Positions 1-8,290 of a DNA stretch of 64,000 bases are shown piece by piece. Position numbers and translations under genes: made by a program. The first letter of the stretch is position 1; every line of letters starts with the position of its first letter. Source of the stretch: an uncultured Candidatus Binatia bacterium (GTDB lineage Bacteria; Desulfobacterota; Binatia; Bin18); assembly GCA_958296235.1 (NCBI GenBank), contig OY282457.1, positions 1,985,684 to 2,049,683 on the forward strand, given 5' to 3'. Under the pieces are notes generated by a model. The model did no database searches, had not been told where the DNA came from, and was given only the letters and a program-made list of their open reading frames with translations.

Positions 1-723
1 TCCCAAATCCGTCACGGTTCCGCCGCATTCGGTAATCATGGCGTGGAGAGCGTATTGGTTCACGTTCCGGACCTGGCCCGGTCGGGGGGAGCGTGAGGGC
101 GGAACGATTTCATCGCCCGTGGAAATCAGGGCCACGGTCGGGCGTTTATAGACCGGCACTCTGGTAATCCCCACGCCGGTGAGCGCACCGATATCGTGGG
201 CGCGCAGGCGGCGGCCGGCAGGAAAGATAGGCTTCTTCTTTTTGATGTCCTCGCCCACGCGGAGAATGTTTTCCCAGGGCGACACGCTGCGTAAGACCTC
301 AACCGTCCCGTCGCCCAACTCTTCGGTGTATTCCACCATGACCATCGAGTTCGCGCCCGGCGGAAGCATACCGCCGGTCGCAATCCGCATGGTCTCGCCC
401 TTCTTGAGCCGGCGTTTCGCTTCCGAGCCCATCTCGATTGCGCCAACGAGTTTCAGATAGGCCGGCAGACTGGCTGACGCCCCAAACGTATCCTGGGCAC
501 GGACCGCATAGCCGTCCATATTCGTCCGGTTGAAATGGGGCAGATCGACCGGCGAGGTCAGGGGCTTGGCCAAGGTCCGTCCACAGGCGTCAAGCGCCGG
601 AATCTGTTCGCTTTTGGTCTGGGGAGCAAAGGCGGCAAGCTGGCTACGGGCCTCCTCGGACGTCACCACCCGAAAAAAGGCTTTAACCGGGGCCGGGGCT
701 AGAGCCGCTGATGCGCGAGGCAT
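1..723 (-). CDS. moeA: Molybdopterin molybdenumtransferase MoeA. The 5' end is present and the C-terminus runs off the window. The start overlaps the stop of the upstream nitrilase gene.
   Basis: Minus-strand translation reads ...PHFNRTNMDGYAVRAQDT...RIATGGMLPPGA...PTVALISTGDEIVPP...GQVRNVNQY, which are classic MoeA motifs. The frame is open to position 1. Confidence 0.75.
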   Translation of the reverse strand, partial: MPRASAALAPAPVKAFFRVVTSEEARSQLAAFAPQTKSEQIPALDACGRTLAKPLTSPVDLPHFNRTNMDGYAVRAQDTFGASASLPAYLKLVGAIEMGSEAKRRLKKGETMRIATGGMLPPGANSMVMVEYTEELGDGTVEVLRSVSPWENILRVGEDIKKKKPIFPAGRRLRAHDIGALTGVGITRVPVYKRPTVALISTGDEIVPPSRSPRPGQVRNVNQYALHAMITECGGTVTDLG

Positions 724-1502
724 GGCAGTTCCTTCCTCACTTTTTCCAGATAGTCGAGATCAATCTCGGCGGTAATGAAACACTCGCGGTCGGGCGCCCG
801 GGCAATAATTTTGCCCCACGGGTCAATAATCATGGAGTTGCCATAGTCGGCAAAGCCGTACACGTTTTTTCCGATCTGGTTCGGCGCAATGATATATACC
901 TGGTTTTCAATGGCCCGCGCTCGCAGCAGGGCTTCCCAATGGGCCGCGCCGGTCGGAAAGGTAAACGCCGACGGAACGGAAATGATTGCTGCGCCTTTGC
1001 GAGAGAGCCCCCGGTAGAGTTCAGGAAAGCGCAGATCGTAGCAGACGGAAAGACCGACCGTACCGAGCGGCGTGGAGGCGACGACAACTTCTCCCCCCGG
1101 CTTCATACTGTCGGACTCTCTGAGGCTGACCTGACCGGGGATATCAACATCAAAGAGGTGGATTTTGCGGTACTGGGCCAGCAGGTCGCCCTTCGGGTTG
1201 ATCAGCAGGCTGGTATTATAGGCGCGGGCCTCGTCTGATTTTTCGAGGAAAGAGCCAGCCAGCAGGTGAATCCCGAGTTGGGTTGCCAAATCTTGCAGGC
1301 GATGTGTAGTCGGACCGGGAATGGCCTCGACCTGTTCAGGTTCTTTTCTATGCCGGCCGCGCCAGGAAAACACCTCCGGCAGAACGACCAGGGCGGCGCC
1401 CCGTTCTGCGGCCAAACGCACGAACGTTTCGGCCTTAGCCAGATTCTCTTCTTTTGAAGCGGACGCGGTCATTTGAATCGCCGCGGCAAGGTAGGATCGC
1501 AT
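699..1502 (-). CDS. Carbon-nitrogen hydrolase (nitrilase/Nit-family amidohydrolase)
   Basis: 267-aa ORF with the CN-hydrolase catalytic E..K..C context (LPEVF, NPKG, SVCYDLRFPE). Confidence 0.85.
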   Translation of the reverse strand: MRSYLAAAIQMTASASKEENLAKAETFVRLAAERGAALVVLPEVFSWRGRHRKEPEQVEAIPGPTTHRLQDLATQLGIHLLAGSFLEKSDEARAYNTSLLINPKGDLLAQYRKIHLFDVDIPGQVSLRESDSMKPGGEVVVASTPLGTVGLSVCYDLRFPELYRGLSRKGAAIISVPSAFTFPTGAAHWEALLRARAIENQVYIIAPNQIGKNVYGFADYGNSMIIDPWGKIIARAPDRECFITAEIDLDYLEKVRKELPCLAHQRL

Positions 1503-1673
1503 GACTCAGACTCCCCCAATCTCTGAGGACGAAGACTACCGAACGCCTCAGGAGGGGTCAAGAGAAGCACAGGAGGAGAAGCCGGCCCTTTGGAGTCTGC
1601 TGTATGGAGGTAGCCGTGCCGGGGGCTCCCGTCATGCCGGACGTGATCCGGCATCCAGCCTGCGGCGGGGGCT

Positions 1674-1725
1674 GGGGTCCTGGATTCCTGCTTCCGCAGG
1701 AATGACAGGTGGCTACACAGCATCG
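1674..1725. repeat. Interspersed hairpin repeat ('GGAATGAC' family), copy A
   Basis: The 52-bp core ggggtcctggattcctgcttccgcaggaatgacaggtggctacacagcatcg is near-identical to 39241-39292. A related variant sits at 6602-6634. Confidence 0.8.
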
Positions 1726-1887
1726 CAATTTGTTCCAGTACAGTCGGCAGACAAACCGCACCTGCTGTCGTCGGTATATCTATATTTATACCGTCTCCCA
1801 ATTTCACACAGACGTTTCAGCCGGCAGGTAAAATAAAGAGGAGGTTAAGGCGTTGTGATTGTTGAGGAGGGAAGATAGGAAGGAAGG

Positions 1888-2088
1888 GTGACAGAAAACG
1901 GGCAGAAAGAGATACGGAAGAATAAACGCCGAGGCTTGGCGAAATCTCTCTATGATTCTGGAAAGATTATTTTAGGCGCGGGCGTGATTTCTTACGGTCT
2001 TGGAGGAAAAAGTCCTTGGTGGGTGACGGTCATCCTCTTTTTTTCTGTCCTTGGACTCTATATGTGGGCCTATTATGTCGATGAGTAG
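1888..2088 (+). CDS. Small hydrophobic membrane protein (hypothetical) in an AT-rich pocket
   Basis: 66-aa ORF with a Lys/Arg-rich N-terminus followed by two predicted TM segments. Local GC is clearly lower than the surroundings. Confidence 0.35.
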   Translation: MTENGQKEIRKNKRRGLAKSLYDSGKIILGAGVISYGLGGKSPWWVTVILFFSVLGLYMWAYYVDE

Positions 2089-2097
2089 AGGGACTTC

Positions 2098-2202
2098 ATG
2101 GAACTTGCTTTATTACTGTCCTTAGTGCTCGTTACCACCATTATTGGTGGGCTTGGATTCTATCTCAAAGATCGCCGGGAAGACAAAGCTCGTCACAGGT
2201 AA
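2098..2202 (+). CDS. 34-aa single-TM peptide (hypothetical), translationally adjacent to the preceding small ORF
   Basis: ATG at 2098 preceded by gagggac. MELALLLSLVLVTTIIGGLGFYLKDRREDKARHR has a hydrophobic core and a basic tail. Confidence 0.25.
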   Translation: MELALLLSLVLVTTIIGGLGFYLKDRREDKARHR

Positions 2203-2262
2203 TCGGCGTCATCCACCGGTTCCCTTCCTCCTCAAAGAGCCTTCACCCGGCGATTCTCTGTT

Positions 2263-2553
2263 ATGCGACTCCAGAAAAAAAGAGCCGGCTGGCGGGGGCG
2301 GCTTCACCTCATGGGCGGAGTTCTGGCGGTCCTTGGGATGCTCCTCACCGGCTGCCAAACGCTTCAGCACACGCTGTCTTTTGCCGAGTCGAGGCGGGAC
2401 CCGCAGCTCGCCCGGATATTGGGCGAGCGGGCGGAACTGGAGGAGCAGTATTGGCAGTGTCGGGTCGAACACGGGAGTGCCGACGCCGCCGCGTGCGCTG
2501 AGTACAAACGAGGCTTGGACAAGCCGCTGGCGCTGCCGGCCGCCTCAGAGTAG
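2263..2553 (+). CDS. Small lipoprotein (hypothetical)
   Basis: Signal peptide ending in the lipobox LLTGC, then a 70-aa hydrophilic region. Confidence 0.4.
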   Translation: MRLQKKRAGWRGRLHLMGGVLAVLGMLLTGCQTLQHTLSFAESRRDPQLARILGERAELEEQYWQCRVEHGSADAAACAEYKRGLDKPLALPAASE

Positions 2554-2583
2554 AAGCCCCAACACCCGCGGACGACTCCTCAC

Positions 2584-3342
2584 TCAAGACCTTTGCATAT
2601 CCATAACGGCCATGCCTTCCAAAGCCAGCCCGTACCCCAGACCGTCGAGCATCAGTTTTTTGATCTGATGGGTAATGGAGATGCGTGCATACCGTAGCGT
2701 CAGCGGGGGCTGTTGGGCCAATTGTTCGGCCAGCTCCCAAGCGCGAGCGGACAGTTGATCCGGCGGCAGCACCTCATTCACCACCCCAAGGCTGAGCGCC
2801 TCCTGGGCAGACAGCTTTTGCCCGGTCAGGAGAAAATAGCGCCCCCGGTTGGCGCCCAAAAGCAGCGGCCAGACCAGATGGACGCCGTCGCCCGGCACAA
2901 TGCCGTTTGGAAAATGCGGAGCATCCTGAAACGCCGCGGTCTCGGACGCGAGGACAATATCGCACAGCACAGGGATCTCGGCATGGATGAGGGCCGGCCC
3001 GTTGACTGCAGATATCATCGGTACGGGAATGTCGAGCAGATTCATCAGCAGGCGCTTGCCTTCCCAATACACAGTGTCCCAGCCGCGTGGCGTACCCAGG
3101 CTATCCCCAAAGCTGGCAAAATCGATATCCGCACAATAGCTGTCGCCCGTTCCGGCCAGAATAACGACTTTATTCTCCGGGTCGGCTCCGATATCAACGC
3201 AGGCGTGGCCGATTTCGCGGTGGACCGGCTCATTCCAGACCAGCGGCCCATCGTTGACGTGAAAGGTGACTTCGAGAATGCCGTTGCGACGCTGCATTTT
3301 CATTGTCTCGTACTTATTGGCATAATCTTCCAATTGGCTCAT
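2584..3342 (-). CDS. Enoyl-CoA hydratase/isomerase (crotonase) family protein
   Basis: Crotonase fold motifs (VVILAGTGDSYCAD..., oxyanion-hole GG context). The start is taken at MSQLEDY (ATG 3342) with aggagggga upstream; the longer ORF to 3516 is probably an over-extension. Confidence 0.8.
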   Translation of the reverse strand: MSQLEDYANKYETMKMQRRNGILEVTFHVNDGPLVWNEPVHREIGHACVDIGADPENKVVILAGTGDSYCADIDFASFGDSLGTPRGWDTVYWEGKRLLMNLLDIPVPMISAVNGPALIHAEIPVLCDIVLASETAAFQDAPHFPNGIVPGDGVHLVWPLLLGANRGRYFLLTGQKLSAQEALSLGVVNEVLPPDQLSARAWELAEQLAQQPPLTLRYARISITHQIKKLMLDGLGYGLALEGMAVMDMQRS

Positions 3343-3455
3343 CTGTCCCCTCCTGTGTGTTTTTACATCCTCTTCTAACGCTTCTTTCCGGGCGCTGTCG
3401 AGAGATATGGTATATGAGGAACACGTCCGTGCCACTGCAAGAAAGGTGAATAGCC

Positions 3456-4109
3456 ATGCCGCAGTTTGAGAGAACCGAGAGAACCCGATTACGCCGTATG
3501 CCGGAGCGCGCGTCATATGACGCTACAGTCGTTGAGGCCATTTTGGCGGAAGGCTTGTACTGTCATGTCGGCTTCAGCGTTGACGGCCAGCCGTATGTGA
3601 TCCCGACGATCTACGCGCATATTGAGGATCGTCTGTATATTCACGGTTCGGCGGCGAGCCGAATGCTGCGGACGATTGGGGGGAGTCTGCCGGTCTGCGT
3701 CACAGTCACCCTGCTGGACGGTCTGGTGCTGGCCCGTTCGGCCTTTCATCATTCGATGAATTATCGTTCCGTAGTGATTCTCGGCCAAGCCACAGAGGTC
3801 ACTGACCCGGACGAAAAGCCGGCCGCCCTCAAAGCTATTGTCGATCACGTCATGCCCGAACGCTGGGCTGACGTCCGCGAACCCTCGGCGCAGGAACTGA
3901 AAGCCACCAGCGTGCTCCGCGTGCCCCTGGAAGAGGTGTCGGCAAAAATCCGCACCGGGCCACCAGTGGACGCGGAGGAAGACTATCGGCTCAACTGCTG
4001 GGCCGGCGAGCTGCCCTTGCGCCTGGCGCCGCAACCGCCGGTTGCCGACCCGCAGCTCCGGGCCGATATCGCCCTGCCGGAGTACGCGAAAAATTATACC
4101 CGTTCCTGA
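3456..4109 (+). CDS. Pyridoxamine 5'-phosphate oxidase-like FMN-binding (split-barrel) protein
   Basis: 217-aa PNPOx/NimA-like pattern (YCHVGF..DGQPYVIPT...RSVVILG). Confidence 0.65.
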   Translation: MPQFERTERTRLRRMPERASYDATVVEAILAEGLYCHVGFSVDGQPYVIPTIYAHIEDRLYIHGSAASRMLRTIGGSLPVCVTVTLLDGLVLARSAFHHSMNYRSVVILGQATEVTDPDEKPAALKAIVDHVMPERWADVREPSAQELKATSVLRVPLEEVSAKIRTGPPVDAEEDYRLNCWAGELPLRLAPQPPVADPQLRADIALPEYAKNYTRS

Positions 4110-4123
4110 GAAACTTCTGCGCC

Positions 4124-5116
4124 TTATTCCGCCAGCGCGCCGCCGCAGGAGCTGCCGGCACCGGCGGTACAGCCATAGCAATGGGCATCCAGACGGATGT
4201 CCCGGCCGATGAGCTGCCGGACCAGGCTGGCGGCTGAGTGTTCGCCCAGGCGCAGGGGAGTGCCGTTGCCCAGACGCAGATCGAGCATCTGGTTGAAATC
4301 GCAGTCGTACAGATAGCCATCCCAGGAGATGCTCACCAAGTGGCGACACATCAGGCTGTCAAGCGTGGCCGGATTAAAAGCCTGGGCCAATAGCTCCATA
4401 TATTCGGCCAGCTTGCCATCTCGCTCCAGGCTATGGGCAAAGCGGGCGATGGGCATATTCGTAATCGTCAAGAGGTTGTTAAACGTCAGCCCAAAGCGTT
4501 CGTCGAGTTCTCGTCTATAATCCGCCTCCAGGTTTTGCTGGGGCGGCGGCAGGTGAGCGCCAACCGGGTTATAGACAAGATTGAGGACCAGGTCTGAGCC
4601 TGCCTGCCCATAGCCGAGGGAGTTCAGTTGTCGGAGGGCGGCAATGGATTTCTCGTAGACACCGTGGCCACGTTGCGCCGAGACGTTCTCTTTCGAGTAG
4701 CAGGGCAGGCTGGCAAAAATTTCAACTTGGTGTGTGGCCAGAAACTCGGCCAAGTCTTCCTGACCGGGCTCAAACAGGACGGTCAAATTACAGCGGTCCA
4801 GCACATGCCGGCCGTCTTGGCGGTTTTGCTCAACCAGAAAACGAAAGGATGGATTCAGCTCCGGCGCGCCGCCGGTCAGATCAACCGTTCGCGCCGTGGC
4901 TGCGCGGATGAGATCAAGGGCCAGCGCGGCCGTCCGCGGCGCCATGATCTCGGTCCGTTGCGGACCGGCGTCCACATGACAGTGGAGACAGGCCTGGTTG
5001 CACAGCTTGCCCAGGTTGACCTGAACGGTCCCCAACTCGGCCCGTTTAAGGGGAAGGCCCTTCTCTTGGCCTACCCGCTCTGTAAAAGGCTGAAAAGATG
5101 GTTCAGCGGCGCGCAT
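4124..5116 (-). CDS. arsS: Arsenosugar-biosynthesis radical SAM protein ArsS
   Basis: CNQACLHCHV is a CxxxCxxC radical SAM motif. The C-terminal Cys cluster CYGCTAGAGSSCGGAL is typical of the ArsS family. It is adjacent to arsM. Confidence 0.7.
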   Translation of the reverse strand: MRAAEPSFQPFTERVGQEKGLPLKRAELGTVQVNLGKLCNQACLHCHVDAGPQRTEIMAPRTAALALDLIRAATARTVDLTGGAPELNPSFRFLVEQNRQDGRHVLDRCNLTVLFEPGQEDLAEFLATHQVEIFASLPCYSKENVSAQRGHGVYEKSIAALRQLNSLGYGQAGSDLVLNLVYNPVGAHLPPPQQNLEADYRRELDERFGLTFNNLLTITNMPIARFAHSLERDGKLAEYMELLAQAFNPATLDSLMCRHLVSISWDGYLYDCDFNQMLDLRLGNGTPLRLGEHSAASLVRQLIGRDIRLDAHCYGCTAGAGSSCGGALAE

Positions 5117-5137
5117 GCGGGGTATCCATTCCTTGGG

Positions 5138-6055
5138 CTAACAGCATTTACTTGGCGCGCAGCACGCCTGCGTGTCTGTGGACGCTTGATAGGCGAGCGC
5201 CTTAGCGCCGGGTTCCCCTTTATGGGCAACCAGGGTCATGGACCGAAAGGCGATACCTTCGACCGTTCGCCACGGCTGCTCGTCACGCCTCAGAACGGCT
5301 ATGCCGGAGAAACCGGCTTCTTCGAACGCTGCGATGAACTCTTTTTCCTGCATGGCCCCAGAGACGCAGCCACTCCATAATTCGGGGTCGGCCTTCAGGT
5401 GAGCCGGCACCGGTTCGTCGGCAACAATATCGGAGATTACCGTCCGCCCGTCCTGGCGCAGCACCCGAAAAATTTCACCAAACAGTTGCCGCTTGTCCGC
5501 GTCCTGGACCAGGTTGAGCACGCAGTTCGAGACGACAACGTCAACGCAACCGTCGGCAATCAGCGGTCGCTGCGTACGCTGTTCGGCCATGACCGCTTCA
5601 AAGGTTTGGAAATCTTCGAGCGAAGCCACCGGATGCTGGCGCAGGTAGGCATCCGCGACATTCAAATCGGTCCGCAAATCCTGGATTCTCCCCCGGTGAA
5701 ACTCGACGTTGTGATAGCCCAATTGTTCGCCAATGGACTGGCGGTATTTCTCGGCGACGTTGAGCATCTCCGGCGTCATGTCAACGCCGATAACCCGACC
5801 TTCGGCCCCAACGACCTGGGCGGCGATATAACAGATTTTGCCTGCGCCCGCGCCAAGATCAAGCACGGTTTCTCCCGGCTGGAGGTGCTGCGAGGGGTCT
5901 CCGCAGCCGTAATCGCGCTCAAGAATTTCTTCGGGGATGAGCGTGAGAAAGCGCGGGTTATAGTCTACCGGGCAGCACAACGCCGCTTCTTCCCGCTGCG
6001 CTCCCGCGGCATAACGCGCCTTGACCGCCTGCTCAATATCAAACACTGCTGTCAT
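5138..6055 (-). CDS. arsM: Arsenite S-adenosylmethionine methyltransferase
   Basis: SAM-MTase motif VLDLGAGAG, conserved N-terminal Cys pair (ALCCPVDY) and C-terminal Cys-rich tail (QACCAPSKCC) as in ArsM. Confidence 0.8.
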   Translation of the reverse strand: MTAVFDIEQAVKARYAAGAQREEAALCCPVDYNPRFLTLIPEEILERDYGCGDPSQHLQPGETVLDLGAGAGKICYIAAQVVGAEGRVIGVDMTPEMLNVAEKYRQSIGEQLGYHNVEFHRGRIQDLRTDLNVADAYLRQHPVASLEDFQTFEAVMAEQRTQRPLIADGCVDVVVSNCVLNLVQDADKRQLFGEIFRVLRQDGRTVISDIVADEPVPAHLKADPELWSGCVSGAMQEKEFIAAFEEAGFSGIAVLRRDEQPWRTVEGIAFRSMTLVAHKGEPGAKALAYQASTDTQACCAPSKCC

Positions 6056-6185
6056 CTCTTCTTCTCCTTCTGGACCACGCCTATTAGAACTGTGTCAGCA
6101 TACTAGCGTATCTTTTCATCAGTGTACTAGAGCCGTTTACGGATAGTGTCTCAGTTTGAATTTTCCCTCACCCGTTGCCGGCACC

Positions 6186-6272
6186 GCGCCCCCTCACCCC
6201 ACCCCTCTCCCTCCGGGGGAGAGGGGGTCTACTTCCCTCCCCCCTTGAGGGGGAGGGCCAGGGTGGGGGGTG
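6186..6272. repeat. GC-run hairpin repeat ('CCCTCTCCC..GGGAGAGGG' / 'CCTCCCCCTTGAGGGGGAGG' family)
   Basis: Perfect palindromes ccctctccctccgggggagaggg and cctcccccttgagggggagg. The second half is near-identical to 55491-55527, and a related pair lies at 41640-41765. Confidence 0.8.
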
Positions 6273-6412
6273 TTCCGCCGGCAGCGGGGCAGGAAGATGT
6301 GCAACTGAGACACGACCGGCCGGACCGCCCTTGCTCCTCCGGTAGGGCGACTCCCGCTCTCCTGGCGGGAAGTGCGTAAACGCGCCGCCTTCATGAGGAG
6401 CGCGGCCATCCT

Positions 6413-6450
6413 GGCCGCGATTCTTTGCGGGCTGGAAGCCCGCACTCCTT
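6413..6450. repeat. REP-like palindromic unit (gcgggctggaagcccgc), tandem 1.5 copies
   Basis: tttgcgggctggaagcccgcactcc followed by ttgtttgcgggctgg. It is the reverse complement of the tandem pair at 40561-40640. Confidence 0.6.
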
Positions 6451-6601
6451 GTTTGCGGGCTGGGGGGAGGGTCTGAGCTTCCGGCAGAAAAGAGTCGGGG
6501 GATTTCAAACTGATACACCACCCGTTTACGCTAGGTTGTAGCCCTGTCGTGACGCTCTTGTCACTCCGGCCCTGATCCGGCCTCCAGCGGTGGGGGACGG
6601 C

Positions 6602-6634
6602 GGGCCTGAATTCCGGCTTTCGCCGGAATGACGG
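6602..6634. repeat. 'GGAATGAC' hairpin repeat, variant copy C
   Basis: gggcctgaattccggctttcgccggaatgacgg has the same architecture as copies A and B (G-run, hairpin, ggaatgac) with compensatory stem changes. Confidence 0.6.
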
Positions 6635-6722
6635 AAAGTATACATTTTCTCATGGTCTAAGATGGTGGATTCAACCTCTCGATATTTCGAGAGGGACAGC
6701 GACCCATGCTGAGGAAGACTGC

Positions 6723-7958
6723 ATGCCAACAATTAAAGACGACGCCGGCTCGGAATCGGATACAGCGGCAGGCTTTCACCTCCGACCTCACTTCAAACGC
6801 TTCAACCAAAAAGATGATGTGTTTCGTCGTTCGTGGTGGGATGAACGCATTCGGACCCGGAAGAGCGAGTTATTCTACGAGACGTACAGAGAGCCGCTCA
6901 AAACCTGGCGCAAGGTTGATGGCTTTACCCAAAAAGATTATGCGCTCCGCAATGCCGCCTGGCATGTCAGCGACCTCTTCACTGAACTCAAACAAGACCA
7001 GGATCGTCGAGAAGGCTTTTCCGACGAGTTTACGTTGTACCGAGATGTGGCCGAAGAACAGATGGACCTTGGGACGCCGACTCAAGCCGCGGCTGAGATA
7101 AAACGGGTCGGGAAAGCCTTTGGCGCAGATCTAATTGGCATTGCCGAGTACGACGAACGCTGGATGTACGTGAATAAATTCAGCGATATGAGTAAACGCG
7201 AAAAGCCACAGGAAATTCCCGAGGGCCTGTCGTCTGTGATTGTGGTTGCTCAGGCGATGGACTACGACCTGATTCGGACCGTTCCGTCTGCCCTCAGCGG
7301 TGCGGCAACCGGTCTGGGATACTCGCACGACGCGCTCGTGGTCTTGTCGCTGGCCCAGTACATCCGCAACCTCGGCTATACGGCGATTGCGAGCATGAAT
7401 GATACCGCGCTCGCCATTCCGTATGCGATCAAGGCCGGCTTGGGCGAGTATGGGCGGCTTGGGCTGTTGATTACCAAAGAGTTCGGCCCCCGTGTCCGGC
7501 TCGGCAAGATATTTACCAATCTCCCGCTTGCGCTCGATACACCGATTCGGTTTGGGGTGAAGGAATTTTGCGATACGTGTCAGCGGTGTTCCGCTGGCTG
7601 TCCGGTAAGCGCCATTCCCTCGAACGCTCCGTCGGACGCAATCCATAATCAGTCCAACATCAAAGGTGTCGTAAAATGGACGGTCGATGGGGAAAAATGT
7701 TTCAGTTATTGGGCCGCCCAAAATAGCGACTGCTCTATTTGTATCCGGGTGTGTCCCTACAACAAGGACTTCTCCAAATGGTATACGCGGCTCGGACGCT
7801 GGCTGGCCGGCACGCGATTACGCAAGCTGATGTTGCAGCTTGACGTTGCCACAGGTTTTGGAAGTCGGATGGCATCGAAGCGGTGGTGGCAGGGGGAACG
7901 GGAAGCCTTGGTGGAGCGCATCAGGCAGCTATTGAACCGGGGGAAGGGGAAACGGTAA
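6723..7958 (+). CDS. Reductive dehalogenase / epoxyqueuosine-reductase superfamily protein (B12-type, two [4Fe-4S] motifs). No Tat signal, so it looks like a cytoplasmic orphan.
   Basis: FCDTCQRCSAGCP (CxxCxxCxxxCP) and C..x10..CSICIRVCP are the signature RdhA/QueG ferredoxin motifs. 411 aa without an RRxFLK leader. Confidence 0.6.
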   Translation: MPTIKDDAGSESDTAAGFHLRPHFKRFNQKDDVFRRSWWDERIRTRKSELFYETYREPLKTWRKVDGFTQKDYALRNAAWHVSDLFTELKQDQDRREGFSDEFTLYRDVAEEQMDLGTPTQAAAEIKRVGKAFGADLIGIAEYDERWMYVNKFSDMSKREKPQEIPEGLSSVIVVAQAMDYDLIRTVPSALSGAATGLGYSHDALVVLSLAQYIRNLGYTAIASMNDTALAIPYAIKAGLGEYGRLGLLITKEFGPRVRLGKIFTNLPLALDTPIRFGVKEFCDTCQRCSAGCPVSAIPSNAPSDAIHNQSNIKGVVKWTVDGEKCFSYWAAQNSDCSICIRVCPYNKDFSKWYTRLGRWLAGTRLRKLMLQLDVATGFGSRMASKRWWQGEREALVERIRQLLNRGKGKR

Positions 7959-7991
7959 GAGCCGCCTGAGGGGGGGCTTAAAAACCGTAGC

Positions 7992-8114
7992 ATCATTTTG
8001 TGCGATGCTGTCCGCTCTATTGCCAAAGAGCGCCTCACCCGTCGCTGGGGACGCGTCTCTCCGCCGACGCTGGCCGCGGTCGAGGATCGTCTGCGTATCC
8101 TCATAGGGCTATAG
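7992..8114 (+). pseudogene. C-terminal remnant of a MazF/PemK-family toxin gene (no start codon, in frame after the rdhA-like stop)
   Basis: The frame reads ..ILCDAVRSIAKERLTRRWGRVSPPTLAAVEDRLRILIGL*, matching the conserved MazF C-terminus (..RLGrls...V..aL...LgL). There is no N-terminal part and no initiator. Confidence 0.4.
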
Positions 8115-8124
8115 CCTGCGTGGG

Positions 8125-8290
8125 AGGAATGCAGCGCGATAAGATCGCTGAGCTAATGCGCCTCAGCCCGGAAAAGTCACCTCAGGCACGGCCCGCATAG
8201 CCCGTTCAACCGCCTCAGCCGGATACTCGTAGCGTTCGAGTTTTCCGGCGTGGTAGTCTGAATAAAAATTCTGCGGGAGCACGACCGCCC
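8125..8290 (-). pseudogene. Duplicated 3'-end fragment of trpB2 (~37 codons plus ~36 bp of 3' flank)
   Basis: 8125-8290 aligns at about 85% identity with 11645-11790. It encodes ..[30 protein letters not shown], against trpB2 ..[30 protein letters not shown]. Confidence 0.7.

Noticed and set aside
126-446. ORF-track entries 126..446(-) and 179..460(+) inside the moeA region
   Set aside because: Arg/Ala-rich shadow frames typical of high-GC DNA. The MoeA frame on the minus strand explains the region.
1469-1836. ORFs 1469..1807(-), 1501..1836(+) and 39038..39295(+) (PASAGMTGGYTAS peptides)
   Set aside because: They are translations of the GGAATGAC repeat copies and have no RBS or context. They are better explained as repeat DNA.
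2144-2740. ORFs 2144..2668(+), 2209..2472(-), 2345..2740(-) overlapping the lipoprotein and crotonase 3' end
   Set aside because: Alternative-frame ORFs of a GC-rich region with no RBS. The lipoprotein frame has the signal/lipobox logic.
6146-6521. ORFs 6146..6379(+), 6168..6521(-), 6194..6508(-)
   Set aside because: Pro/Gly-rich translations of GC-run palindromic repeats. They are not genes.
6540-6650. Possible cobalamin riboswitch upstream of the B12-type rdhA-like gene
   Set aside because: The B12 box (GCCACUG context) is not convincingly present. The segment is a member of the GGAATGAC repeat family, and on the minus strand it would face arsM rather than rdhA.
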